Assembly: GCF_037042905.1 (NCBI RefSeq)
Contig: NC_087245.1
Span: 8,496,001 to 8,560,000, forward strand
DNA: 64,000 nucleotides
Direction: 5' to 3'
Source of the DNA: Lytechinus pictus
Taxonomy: Eukaryota
Of the stretch, positions 23,197 through 36,415 are shown piece by piece (position 1 is the stretch's first letter; each line of letters starts with the position of its first letter). A program made the translations under genes and the position numbers. The notes under the pieces were generated by a model. That model was not told the DNA's origin and searched no databases. It was given only the letters and a program-made list of their open reading frames with translations.

Positions 23197-26100
23197 CTGC
23201 TAGGGTTCTGGTCCTGGACCCTCAAAAAAAGGAAAAGTTCTGTCTCGTTCGTTCTCCTTTCAAAATTGAAAACAAAATGGCCGATCGATACCGAGAACGA
23301 ATGCGACATACATGTAGGGACCTTATTTTCCTCTTTTTTGAGGGTCCAGTTTGTGCCTTGATGTCCGGATTTTGTGTCACGATAGACCTTCAAGTTCATC
23401 CATATGATCGTGATAATCGAGGTAAGTGCATAATTTATTTTTTCCCCTTTTATTTGGAGTGCTAAAATATATTGCGACCCCATTTTGGAGAGTTCCCATG
23501 TCTGCCTAATAATAGAAGAGTCCTGGGCTCCGGCCCGCAAAGCTCCCCGGGTTAGTAAGTGGGCAAACTGCAGAGGTCTCACATCTTTGGACTTGGAGCG
23601 ACCCGGGCCGGGGTAGACAGCTGGCAGCCGTGCTTCAAGGAGTTTTTTAACATTTTTTTATTTCTCCTCGTACACAGACGGCTCGTGATCGTGCAGCCAC
23701 CATTAGGGGGTTAAAGTGCAAAACCCCCCCGATGGGGCTCATCGATTTTTGTCTTTATTTCATAAAAACATGAAAAGAACTGGACCAAAATTGAAGATGA
23801 TTATTCCGTTATGGCTTGAAATGCACAAAAATGGGGGAAAATAAAAAAGATCAGTGACTTCCTTCCGCTGTTGCGCAACTTAACTTCCCTGGTTTATCAT
23901 AATTTAATATTTAAACTTATGGCCATTGAGTCCCTGTACAGATCGAGTTAGAACTTCGGTTGCTGTAATTGGTGAGTGGAGCCAACAGAGTTCAGCGGAC
24001 CAACCAATAAAACAGAGTCCAAAGCTTTTAGTCTGTAATTGGTGAGTGGAGCCAACGGAGTTCAGCAGAACAACCAATAAAACAGAGTCTGAAGCTTTTG
24101 GTCTAGGGCCGGGGTAGACAGGAATATACCGTTGTTTCTAGGGACTTATTTAAAAATTTCTGACATTTTACTATCATCCCCAGTCACCGATGGTAGTCCG
24201 TTAGTGCGAGCCTGCATGTGTTATCATGTCAATTCGGGTCTAACTATAAAGTTAGTGTTTGGTCTAGACAGCTGGCAGCCGTCTGTTTCAAGGAGTTTTT
24301 TTTATACATTTTTGATTTTTTTATTTCTCCTCGTACACAGACGGCTCGCAATCGTGCAGGGCTAACAATGCTAAATCCCCCCAACGGGGCTCATCGATTT
24401 TTGTCTTTATTCCATAAAAATATATAAAAAGAACTGGATCAAAATAAAGATTATTATTCCGTTTTGGACTGAAATGCACCAAAACAGGAAAAAATAAACT
24501 TAAAAGGGGAAAAAACAGTGACTTACTTGGGCTGTCGCGCAACTCCCACTTCCTTGGACTTATCCAAACTTGATACATAAACTTATGGCCATTGAGTCCC
24601 TGTACATATCGAGTTAGAACTTTGGTCTCTGTAATTGGTGAGTGGAGCCAACAGAGTTCAGCAGAACAACCAATATAACAGACCGAATCTTTTGGTCTAT
24701 GTTTGATCTAGATTTTTATTTATTTTCTAGGTCTAGGCCTAACGTTAATTTATAAATAAACGATGGCCCCCATTTTCGTTAGACTCTAATCTTTCTTTTG
24801 ATACTACGCATATTCCAAGAAAATATCAAATATATGTTACCGATTATTTATTTATTTTTTTTATTTATTGCCGTACAGAAAAAATGGCAGCCGTGCATTG
24901 CTGCCCTCTACGTTCGTTGAGTTAGGTTTTATGAAGGCTTTCCGATTATCCTGGCCAATCAATGTGAGCGTCAAGTTTCGAACGCACGCACATAGACTAG
25001 CGCAACGCAGCAGCACGAATCGCGATATATGACAACTGGTAAAGACGTCTGTAAGAATGATCACATCCAAGATGGCAACATACGATGACCAACGAAAGGA
25101 TCGAGGATAACTATGTTTTGATCATCATTTGAAAGAAATTAACGGTAACTGCGGTCTAAGGTACAATGTTTTTTAATTTTAAATATTTTCTTGTCAAGTT
25201 GGATGTCATTTTTTTTTATAAGGTGAAATTTTATGTACCAAAAAAACTTAATGAAAATGAAAATCTGGTTTCCGCCAATGTTAGATCTGACGTTACTGCT
25301 AATACGTTGTCTTTATGTACGGGCCTCCAAGCTCTTCAGTCTATGTATTGGTGAGCTCAGCGGAACAACCAATAGATCTACAGTCTTAATGAGACTGAAG
25401 CTTTTGGTCTAGGCCCGGGGCAGCATCGTAATGGCATCTGCTTGGAATCCTAATTGAACTAAAAGATTAAACATGAATTTTCAGTTTCCTCTGTGGCTTA
25501 CTTTTAGAACCCATGTCATGTCATGAATCGATTACAAAAATCCTGAACAAAAAATGTACGGTCGTGGGCGTGTTGGGCCCTGGTTGAATCTATGGACTTC
25601 TATGGTTCCTGAAACGAAGGCGAAGACATGACGCCGGAATGCAAATTTCCTGATCCTGGCCTGGGATTGGCACCACCCCTGGCCCCCCGGGGGGCCAGTC
25701 AATTTGCATGTGCACTCGTTAAAGGTATTTTGCAAAATCGGTGCATTGAAGAAAAAAAAAGATCAAAAACGTTGACCGGCCGTATCGTTTGGTTCACACA
25801 CCAAAATAAAGAGTAATGTCTAACTTGACTACTACTTACGTGATTTATATTCCCCCAAAAATGAAACCGATGTAATTATGATGCCTATTCACCATTAATA
25901 TGAAGTTTATTTGATCAGAGTTCGAGTCTTACTCGTCTGCTCGTGCCGAGATAATTTATGCACGATGATTTCAGGAATGGAATTCGTCGCCATCGATCGC
26001 GCATGCGCAGTACTGTGCTTTAATCAAACCAGAAAATTGCCGGAAAATTGACGCGATCAACATAAAATAAACCTTGCTTTTATGAACAATATTGATATCA

Positions 26101-26439
26101 TGACCATAGAACATTATTTAATCGTAATATTTAACAATAATTCACATATGATAGGCCTAATCATTAATATGAATTTAGAGCTTGATGTGAAAGTAAAACA
26201 TGACGGACATCACATAACGAACAATGTAAGTGAGTGCACTTGTCTAAAAAAAATTTATCATGTCAGGATTGATTCTCGAACGTTGTCAACATGCAGAAAC
26301 TCTTTTCAAGATCGTAATATCACCATATAATAACACTTTACATGACAAAACAGAAAATTACGTTTGATATTTTTTTCCATCAATTTGAAGCTAGTTTGTG
26401 CCCAACTAAGGGCTCTGAATTCATGAATGGAAAATATGT

Positions 26440-26783
26440 CATACGTCATCGAATGCACATGCACACCCTCAAGAAATTTACGATCCTCATCATCTAATGT
26501 CTTACAAATTCCAGTTGCTAAGAAATCATGCGGGGAACGGGCCTTCGCTCATGCAGGGCCTAGCCTGTGGAATTCTCTCCCACAAAGTTTGAAAACCCAG
26601 ACTTCAGTGACCACCTTCAAGGCAACCTGAAAACATACCTGTATAAGAGTGTTTTGATAGACATTGACTTATTGTTCAGACATGTATTATATGTAAATAG
26701 TTTTTGTTTTTCTGCTCTGAAGCACCTTGAGCATCTAATCAAGATGGAAAGTGCGCTATACAAATCTCATGTATTATTATTAT
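26440..26783 (+). mobile_element. 3' end of an L2/CR1-clade LINE
   Basis: RNLRSS...GERAFAHAGPSLWNSLP...FK ORF2 C-terminus, GCGCTATACAAAT and (TAT)n tail. Confidence 0.75.
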
Positions 26784-27364
26784 TGTGCTTCTTTTCTCGG
26801 AGACATACAGAGCTGGAAGTAAAACAAAAATTAATGACAGTATTAATACTTCCATATGAACATAACATACTTTGCTGACATCGTCAATATTTTTATTATT
26901 TTTTTTGGCCCTAAAATCTTGTTAAATCGTAATAATTTAACATACAATAATAATTGATATGAATTTAGAGCTCGATCCGAAACAATCGTATTTTATTTTG
27001 ATCGCATGCTCTTGTGTCTAAAATGAAAAATGGATTATCAATCATATAACTTGGGATTAATTCTCGAACATCATCATAACTCATATTCCACAATCTTTCC
27101 TCACAATCGTTATATCAGTAGGCCTATTGAATACCAATTCAAACGACCATCCAGAGAAAATTTAGTATGATATTTATGCCCATCAATTTGGAGCTCATTT
27201 TGGATCCAACTAGATCTACATGTACATCTCAGGCAAATGACAGTGCTCTCCGCTGGTACAACACTTGTTTGCCGGCAAGCACGCCTGTCGTTTCGGGAGA
27301 GTGAGTGTACTGGGTTGCGGACGGGTCTAGGTGTGTGCGAGTCTGGACTGCGAATGCTAGTTAA

Positions 27365-27945
27365 AGGTCAAGTCCATCCCAGATAAATGATGATTTGAAT
27401 AAATAGAGAAAAATCAAACTAGCAAAACGCTGAAGATTTCATCAAAATCGGATGTATACTTAAAAAGTTATGACATTTTAAAGTTTCGCTTTTTTTTCAC
27501 AAAACAGTGATATGAACAACTCAAATGAGACAGTCGATGATGTCCCTCACTCACTATTTATTGTTTGAATTATACAATATTTCATTATTATAGATTTTAC
27601 AATAAGGGCCAACTTGACTGAATCATATAGTATTAAACAATACTCATTTAACATGTTCAGGGAGGAATTAATCATTGTTTCACTTGACAATGAGGAGAAA
27701 AATAGAATATTCCCTAATTTATATAATAAAATACAAAAGAAATATTTAGTTTTGATGACGTCATCAGTCTCCTCATTTGCATATCCACCAGGAAATGCAT
27801 ATAACTGTTTTGTGAAATTAAGAAAAGTTTAAAACGTCATAACTTTCTTATTTTACATCCGATTTTGATGAAATTTTCAGTGGTATGCTTGTTGGATTTT
27901 TCTCTTTTTATTCAAATCAACTTTTTGTTGGGGTGGACTTGTCCT
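27365..27945. mobile_element. TTAA-targeting MITE (Kolobok-like)
   Basis: TTAA|AGGTCAAGTCCATCCCA...TGGGGTGGACTTGTCCT|TTAA; same family as 36505-37098 in opposite orientation. Confidence 0.8.
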
Positions 27946-29303
27946 TTAACCGAAAAATCATTCGGATTGACTCTGCATGATTCATGTCTTAAATATTGTT
28001 TCATTTTAAACTTATATGTTGTCATCTGCAAATATCATTGTTTAAGATATTTTGGGAAGAATTCTGCATTGGTCCCTTTTTTGTGTTTTGTGATCATGGA
28101 AAATACAATAAGAACTTTGCTCTGTCATCTGCTTGTGCAACGTTTACCAAGCTTTTTCCCTGGGGTCATATTCTCGGCCAAAAATGTGTAAATAAAGTTC
28201 GCAAAAAACTTGTTTAGGGAGTTATTTTGCACACAGAGAAAAAACTTGTTTTGGGGGTGTTTTGAAATAATTTGGTGTGTACAGCCATACATTTGACATT
28301 TGACTTGTTTTGAATGCTTGTTGTGTGCCAGACTCCCAACACATGTAACAAGGTCAAAGGTCATTTGAGATCAACGTACTTAATGTACGATATTGTCATA
28401 CAAGATGAAATTTAAAAATGCACATGTATTGTAAACTAGTTCATTTCATATTCTTTGGAGCTAAAGTATTACATATCAGCAATAATGTGAAAAAAATGTC
28501 AGGTCGCTGAATGAAGGTCAAATGTCATTTCACTTTAAAACATATTTGGATGATGACTGATATTTCGTCACAAAATTAAGAATATTTCAAATCCATTCAT
28601 TTCCTTATTCTTAGAGTCTGGTAAAATGTTTCAAATGACAGTTGTCCAAGTTCAAACTGTAAATTTTTAAGAGAGAGAATATTTGATATTTTCACTCGAT
28701 GTCACATCAACACTGCTGTTGTAATTGAATTGCAGAATGCGTGCAAAACTGCCAAGGGCAGTCCAGTTAGTTGTGTTTTCAGACCCAACATACTCAGGGT
28801 TTTGTGAGGTGTCTGTGTAAATGACTTTGCTCAAACTGTTTGGAATGATTTGGGGAGGGGGTATGAGGTACTACAGAGGTTTGACTGCATGTGTGTTGTT
28901 GCTGGCTCTTTTATACTTCTACTAGGATGGGTAAACATCACAATTTGCGAAGCCTGAGAGTGGATGTGTGCTATTTAGTTTTCTTCCTGTACCTAACTTT
29001 CTTTTTTGACAGACAGTTTGATACAAACATCCATGCATTCAAGTCTGAATCTGAAATAGAAAAAAAAAATAGTAATTCATTCTTTCACAAACATGATTAT
29101 ATGAATACCGATTGATTATACTCTGTCTTTGTAAATTTAATGTTGGTATAGCTTTTGGTGGCTATTTGAATTATGTGTGTTTATCAACTATTAACAATTA
29201 CAGCTTGCTATTGAAAAAAAGTTGCTTTCTCTATTTCTCCCTTTTTAGGAGTTGCACAGACATTCTCATTGACAGTTCATGATATTTTTCTTTTACTTTT
29301 TAG

Positions 29304-29368
29304 ATGCTGTTGCTGCAGAAAGAATAGTAGCTAGTGATCCAGCCAGCCACAATCTTAAAGTATTATCA
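29304..29368 (+). CDS. PYCR3: PYCR3-like exon 2
   Basis: tttag|AT GCT...TCA|gtaagt; (N)AVAAERIVASDPASHNLKVLS; phases match the neighbouring exons. Confidence 0.85.
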
Positions 29369-31589
29369 GTAAGTTGTATTTTTTTTCACCTGCACTTTAT
29401 TGAAAAACAGGTTGGATTAAAATGCCTTTATTATTAATTGTTTTGTAAAGCATGTTTTGTAATATACAGTCTGGTTTAATCGAAGAAATGAAATGCTTGT
29501 TATTTGAGCTCAACAGTGAGAAGATGTAATGCTGCAATGTGTTCTTAGCATTGTTCCCCCTCTCCCCTATTTCTTCAAGATTGAAGATAGCCAGGGCTCT
29601 CTTAACTCTTTTTAAGTGTTTAGTCTAGCCCCATCTTCCCAGTTTCACCTGAACGGGTTGATATTCTTTAATGTGTCCTATCAACATGTTCTATTTTTTT
29701 AAGTTAGTGACTAGCATTTTATATTTTATACAAAGTTTTTTTGATGTACGGTATTTGAAAATTGCATTTTTTTGTGAGTTAAGAACGGTTTCCGCCCGCG
29801 TGGATGGATAACGGTTTTAATTTTTCGGGTTCAGGTATCCGTGGACACTGATTCACCACTTTCCTGTCACAAAAACTCATTAAATTTAGTAAGACTCACC
29901 AACAAAATTTATAAGTTTTAGTCGCCAATATAATCACCAATATCAATTAATCTTCTTCGGTAATATATTCCCGCCGAAAACCATCGTTTTTATATCAGTT
30001 TTGAAACATGACCTTATATCAGTTTTGGAGCATGACCGTCCGTGAATGGAGTAAAGTTCCGTTCTGACAACGATGGCGATTTTACTATGGTGTCGCTTAA
30101 GATCGTTTTTCTTTCCCGTCTTATGTTTTGATGATTTCAAATGCGTAACTCATCGTATATTTTCTTACCTCGACTTTCAATGCGAGTGAAGAATGAAGAT
30201 AATTTGAAACCATTTAAGCGTCAAATAAATGTTGATTGGGTTACTCGGGTGTGTCATGTTGTTTCTTGTAATTTATTCATCAAATGCAAAATGAATTCTA
30301 CTTTTTCTCACAGCAACTTTGGTTACCAATGAAGATGATTATTTTTGATTGAATTAATATTTAATATATAAATTACAAAACACACATTTTCCTTTATTTC
30401 AGTTTAAATGGCATATCCACTATAAATTTTGATATCCATCTTCACGTAAACAACAATACTTAAAAGGCGGTATCATGCCAGAAAGGTTTATGATGTGTGC
30501 CCGCCGAGTATGTGGTCGGTTGTGAATCGACGTGTTTTGCAGTAAAACTTACTGGTGATGAATGTAAGTGATTAGTTACTGTTACTGTGATTAAAATTAA
30601 ATCTTGTCTTGAATCTTTGTTAGAAGTGTGATTATGTTTCAGAAGTTGAGAAATGAGAAGCTTGGCTATAATTTGGGGAATGGGGAGAAACCCGACATGA
30701 ACATATTCCAAGTACGATCCCATTTGAAGGTGTAGCGAGTGTAATGTGACCAAATATATAACGGACGATTCACTCCAGACACGTCCAGACAGGACAGCAC
30801 GTGCGTGAGCTGAATGATGTAGGCCTGTCTGGTTTTAGACTTTTAGTAATAGTAGACTCGCACTTACACTCGCCTCGGTCAAATTCATTGCATCTTATCT
30901 CATTCGATCGGAACTAAAAAATAAACACACATACTCTCGCAACCATTAAATGGGATCGTAACTAGGCCCGACTTGTATAATTCAAATAATAGTCATTTAC
31001 TAATAGCTTACACAGTCATACGATCTACATTTGTAGCCGTAGCCTCACGCTAACTCACATTAGTCAAATCCGATTGCAAAACAGATTCAACCCAAAATAT
31101 TCAGCTTCTCGTAATTTCTTGGTTTTCAGAAATATTTTATTTAGCGCACGCTGACTCTTGCCATCATTGGATAGGTTCAAAACTCAAATATAACTGAAAA
31201 TCTTAAATATAACTCAAATAAGTGCGAATGGATATTATTTTTTATATTTCAGGGTAAAATTTCGGATACCCGTCCGCCGTCCGGTTTTCAGTGTCGGGTA
31301 TCCGAATATTGAAATATCCGTTTCAAGTCAGGCCTAGAAGATACCATTTGAAAATCAACATAAATCATTTTCAAAATTTATAATGAAAACTCAGAGCCAG
31401 GATTCGAAAGAAAGACATCAACCTTATTTTCACTTCCATTTATTGAATTGTTTTAAATTCCCTTTAGAATTATCCATTAGAAATGCTTTTTAAAGAGTTG
31501 AAATATGATGGGACAATCACACCACCTGAAAATAATCCCCCCCCATCCAATGTTGCACGGAAAAACTCACAACATACATGTATTAATAG

Positions 31590-31870
31590 TAATATGGTCC
31601 ATTTACATAGCGCAGCTACTATAATTGCATACTCTGCTGCGCTTGATGCTTGGTATCATATTATTAACCCAGCTGTAGCTGAGCCGCCATATAGGTGCTA
31701 AATCATTCAAGGAATAAGTCCTACCGGGTACCCATTCACCTCACCTGGGTTGAGTGCATCACAATGTGGGTATAATTTTTGCTGAAGGTAAACACGCCAT
31801 GGCTGGGATTCAAACCCACGTCCCTCTGATTGAAAGACGAGAGTCGTAACAACTAGATCACGACACCTTC
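31590..31870 (-). mobile_element. tRNA-derived SINE
   Basis: tRNA-like head with A/B boxes at the right end; homologous to 53630-53885. Confidence 0.7.
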
Positions 31871-32459
31871 ACGTTGTGGTATTAATTGAATTCCAGTATA
31901 ATTTTATGATTCCTGTCTATATTAGGCCCTATATTTTAGTTTTAAAAAATATCACTGGAACCATTGTTTGAATTGAAACATTAACAAATACTAATTATAG
32001 ATTCATCTTAAGTCCATTTTTGTATTTATCTCATAGTTTGAATGAATACACAAAATCTCTGTTGGGAACTACACTGTACTTATTCTAAGTGTTTCATTTA
32101 TTTTTTCTACAAATTTTCAAAAGTTGATGTGAAGCTGTCCATGTGTGTAATGCATTTCATTTTTTTCTTAGTTTTATACATGTACATGCTTATAATGTTT
32201 AACTTTAATGCTACATACTGATATTATTATCATCTTCTCCTGTAGATGCTTTGTGCATGTCTGTACTGATTTTAGTTTAGTATGGTTTAATCACTCTCTG
32301 TTCTGCTCAGTATAAAGAATATCTGATGATAAAGAAAAGGATTGTTGTATATTATGGCATTCAAATGACCAAGATGCCACCAGCTCCTTAAACAAATCAA
32401 ATGTTCTTCGTGACATTGTATTAAAGAAAACTTGCATCTTTTATTTCATTTTCTTGTAG

Positions 32460-32639
32460 GACTTGGGAACCCAGACTGCCACAAATAATGAGCAACTCCT
32501 CCAGATTGCTGATACCATTTTCTTAGCCACCAAGCCAAACATTGTTGGAAGGGTACTGAAAGAGATTTCCCCACATATCAAGAAAGACCATCTCGTAATA
32601 TCACTAGCAGCAGGCATCACCTTAGACTACTTACAAAAT
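32460..32639 (+). CDS. PYCR3: PYCR3-like exon 3
   Basis: DLGTQTATNNEQ...IFLATKP...VISLAAGITLDYLQN; ag/gt boundaries. Confidence 0.92.
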
Positions 32640-34057
32640 GTAAGATAGAATCAGAATATTTGAGTCTTTAATTCATTATTGAAATTTAAGGGATTTTTCC
32701 CATGTATTTCATTTTTAGAAAATATCTCCTGGAAATGACTGCTCCTGACAAGATCTGCCTATGTAATTGGTAGATATTAGGTATGATGCATTATCAACCA
32801 TAGTTCTAAAGATAAAGTTGCAAAGTAAAGATCACCTGCCTGGCTAATAAAGTTAGCATTGAATATGTTCTCTTGTACTGAAGCCAATAATAGATATTAG
32901 ATACTTCCCAATTTTTCACTCATTGAAACATTAAAAAAAATTAAAATCATCTCATTTTCTTTATTCTAGTGATTTCATATGCAACAATAGCAATGTTAAG
33001 GATTTGACATATTAGTGATGTTGTAAATGTGAATTAGCAAAATAAAACTCTGAAATTGGTGAAGTGTGATTTTCTTTGAATTTTAGTAGGTATAAATGAA
33101 TGCAAGAGGTTAGAGACATTATGATAGGGCCCTTCCTCACATAGCAAACAACACATCACACACTATACAGTAGTTTTACATGTTTGCATTGATATGCTGT
33201 ATGAGTTTTCATCCCCAGTTATGGTGGATGTTTGTTAAAGCTGTTTGTATAGTTCTGATCAGCTTCATGCATGACTGTAACATGTTCAAAGGTGCTAAGT
33301 TAGGTATGTATGAATATATCATTTAGCACAAGAAAGGGCATTTATTCGTGCATAAAGACATACGTAACTTCCAAAGGATTTTATGAAACATCCAGAACAT
33401 CTCAGAAGTTAAATATTCAGCTCCAGGAAGAAGAAAAACTTGAAATACTAATAATTTTGCCATTTTTGTTAGCTGGACGTAATAGATAATAGCTTCCCCT
33501 CTACCAGCTGGATATGAGAAACTTATAATCCTGTAATGTTTAGGTTTTTTGTTGTTGTTTTATTTTCTTTGGCTGCTTACTTGTAAATGCTCTTACCAGA
33601 TGAATGCAAAATATTCTGATTTTAAATCAAAACTCAAACTGGCTGGTCAGAGATTACTGAGCACTGATGCATTTATGACCAGATGCATGAGATGCAGGGT
33701 ATACAACCACCAACTTTGATATGACATGACAATCCAATAATACTGATTTGTCATACAATGCTGTAATATACTCACTATTGACCAGGAGGGAAATGTAAAA
33801 TTGAAAGAAATGGCTTAAGCTGAGGGTGAGGCAGATGTATTACAATTTCCTTTCCCCAAATGGACAGTGTGTGATGTCTTTAGCTTTCCTTTGCTGATTT
33901 ATGACAACTTTTGGCTGTTTGGTTGATCTCTGTAATTATGCGAAACATTCATTTAAGTTAAAATATAGTGAAAGTTTAATGTTATCAGCGTACTGTTCTG
34001 GTTTTTTATATTGATTCAAATATTTCTGGATTTTTGTTTGTTTTGTTTTCCTTGCAG

Positions 34058-34270
34058 AGCTTGCCGGATGAGACAAGAGTGATCCGTGCCATGCCCAACA
34101 CACCATCTATAATCATGGAGGGTGCAACCATCTTCTCAGTTGGTCGGAATGTCCAGGAGGGTGATGGGAAAATGTTCCAGTCATTAATCTCTCAGCTAGG
34201 GATCTGCTTAGAAGGGGATGAAACACTCATTGATGCAGCCATGTCAGTCAGTGGGTGTGGACCTGCATAT
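34058..34270 (+). CDS. PYCR3: PYCR3-like exon 4
   Basis: SLPDETRVIRAMPNTP...SGCGPAY; conserved P5CR motifs. Confidence 0.95.
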
Positions 34271-34905
34271 GTAAGTTACTTGAACATTTTATGCAGCCCT
34301 TTGGAACTTGTTTAATACTGATGGGATAGAAGCCATCAAAGTCTTTGATGTTTCAATCATTGCTCCAGTCACCAGCTTTGAACATTATTTTACATGTTGG
34401 AGCATTTAAGCATTGTCTTTGCAGCATTGCATGTCCTTATAGTTTGATTAAACAATATTAGTAGTACTTGGTTTTCTTTTTCTCCATTGTACAATAAACA
34501 TTGTTTTAATAAGTAGCTTGTTTGCTGGAGACTTTCAAGCATTAATACTGCACTATAAATGAAAATAGAAGTTAAAAGTATATCAAATGAACCATTCACA
34601 TTCACTTAGCATAAACATTTTTCGAGGACAAAAATAAATATTGTGTTCAATTCTGAGACCATACACTACGAACTTTAGTTCAGAATCTGAAGTTAACCCA
34701 ACATCTGTATGTACATTACTTAGTCCATTTATAGACAAATAGTTCTCTCTGTACTTTATGTTTGCATGACATGTTACATGTAGTAGAAGTACACTGCAAG
34801 ATGCTATTTTGATGTCAGTTGATCATGCTGGAATAAAGCCTTGTTAGGATTGTGCCTTTCATCCAGCCTTCTTGAAGTAATCTTTCTTGTTTTTACTGTT
34901 GACAG

Positions 34906-34998
34906 GCGTATGTGGCCATTGATGCTTTAGCAGATGGAGGAGTTAAGATGGGACTACCACGAGATGTTGCTATCAAACTTAGCGCTCAGGCATTATTG
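34906..34998 (+). CDS. PYCR3: PYCR3-like exon 5
   Basis: [31 protein letters not shown]; ag/gt boundaries. Confidence 0.93.
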
Positions 34999-35440
34999 GT
35001 AAGTAAAAGTGATTATTTTTCTTTGTCTATTTCTTTTCATATGCAGTTCTGATTGAAAGAAGTGTGTACCTCATATTGAAAAAAGATACTAAACCATGTG
35101 TCCTCAAGCATGGTCGAGTTAAATGCATTTCAAATTAATTTTTTTTCATTTGACAATTTTACTTTTAGATCCTTTCCCTGTTGTTTCAAGGGGTAGTTTT
35201 ACACAATACATTCCTAGTAGGTATTTCACATAGCTGTTCTTAAGTTACACATGACTTAACTCACAACTGGTGACCATTTCTTGTTCTAAATGATATATCC
35301 CTATGTAGCTGACACCTAAGAACATGTTCAGTCGCGTGTATAATCATTCGTAACTTAGGAATAGTTATACATGTAAGATACACCCAACTGCTATCATAAC
35401 TTAATGTATGATAGGTTAATTTCTATTTCTACCGATACAG

Positions 35441-35641
35441 GGCTCATCCAAGATGGTATTAACAGGTGGTAAACACCCGTCCCAACTCAAAGATGAAGTA
35501 TGTTCCCCGGCAGGGACCACCATTGATGCCATTCATGAACTCGAGAAAGGTGGCTTCCGACGATGTCTGATAGAGGCTGTAGAAGCAGCATGCCTGAAAG
35601 CAAGGCGTCTCAATGCAATGCAACTTTACGATAAAAAATAG
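35441..35641 (+). CDS. PYCR3: PYCR3-like exon 6 (last)
   Basis: GSSKMVLTGGKHPSQLKDEVCSPAGTTI...*; P5CR signature region; AATAAA at ~36104. Confidence 0.93.
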   Translation, partial: GSSKMVLTGGKHPSQLKDEVCSPAGTTIDAIHELEKGGFRRCLIEAVEAACLKARRLNAMQLYDKK

Positions 35642-36415
35642 ATGCAGAGGCAAGTCAGTATCTGCGTTTCATCTGCGTGAGCAAGTTTGTTGGCTTCATT
35701 TGGTTATCTTTCTACATGGGCTACGAATTGGAAAAGCTGGTCTTGGGCACGCACTGTCCTCAATCTATGTTTTACAACACTTCTATTTTCATGATAGACG
35801 CTGTTCTAACTACAGGTGTTAACACAATGACCAGGTTGAGGTTATTCTAGTCCCAGAATTAGCAACTGATCTATGTTTGGGTATAGATACTGTTGGTGGG
35901 ATTTAGATACTGGTCGAATCCTGGGTGAATATTAAGATTAAAATCTGGGATGCTACTCTAATTGAGGTTGTATGGTGAGGCTCAGTTGTAAATGCCATGG
36001 TAGCAGGGCTCAACAGCTAAATATAAAAACAAGATGGTATTAATCATGGCAGTAGTATTACCATTATGGTTCTTGTGCACCACGGCCATTCAGTGTTGTG
36101 CTCAATAAAGTAAAAATGGACTCCAAAGTCATTCACTTTCTAAACTTAGTCCAGGCTTATGAGGATATTGGCAAGGCATATGTTCACTGTGGATGTGCTC
36201 TTAACAGATAAGGCTGAAAATACAAGTGCATTATGTGTAATATGAGGAGACACACCATTTATCATGTTCCAAAATTCTTGTCATACCTTTTATGACTTTT
36301 TATCTTTAATACATAGGTACCACATTTTCATTAGAATTCAATGAATTTCAAATTTTAAATCTGCTAAATTGGTATGATATTTCATATTTCTTCATATATT
36401 TTAATCATCTGACAG

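Noticed and set aside
29786..31325. Possible large transposon with GGATACCC/GGTATCC subterminal motifs
   Set aside because: No clear TIR pair, TSD or coding remnant could be defined.
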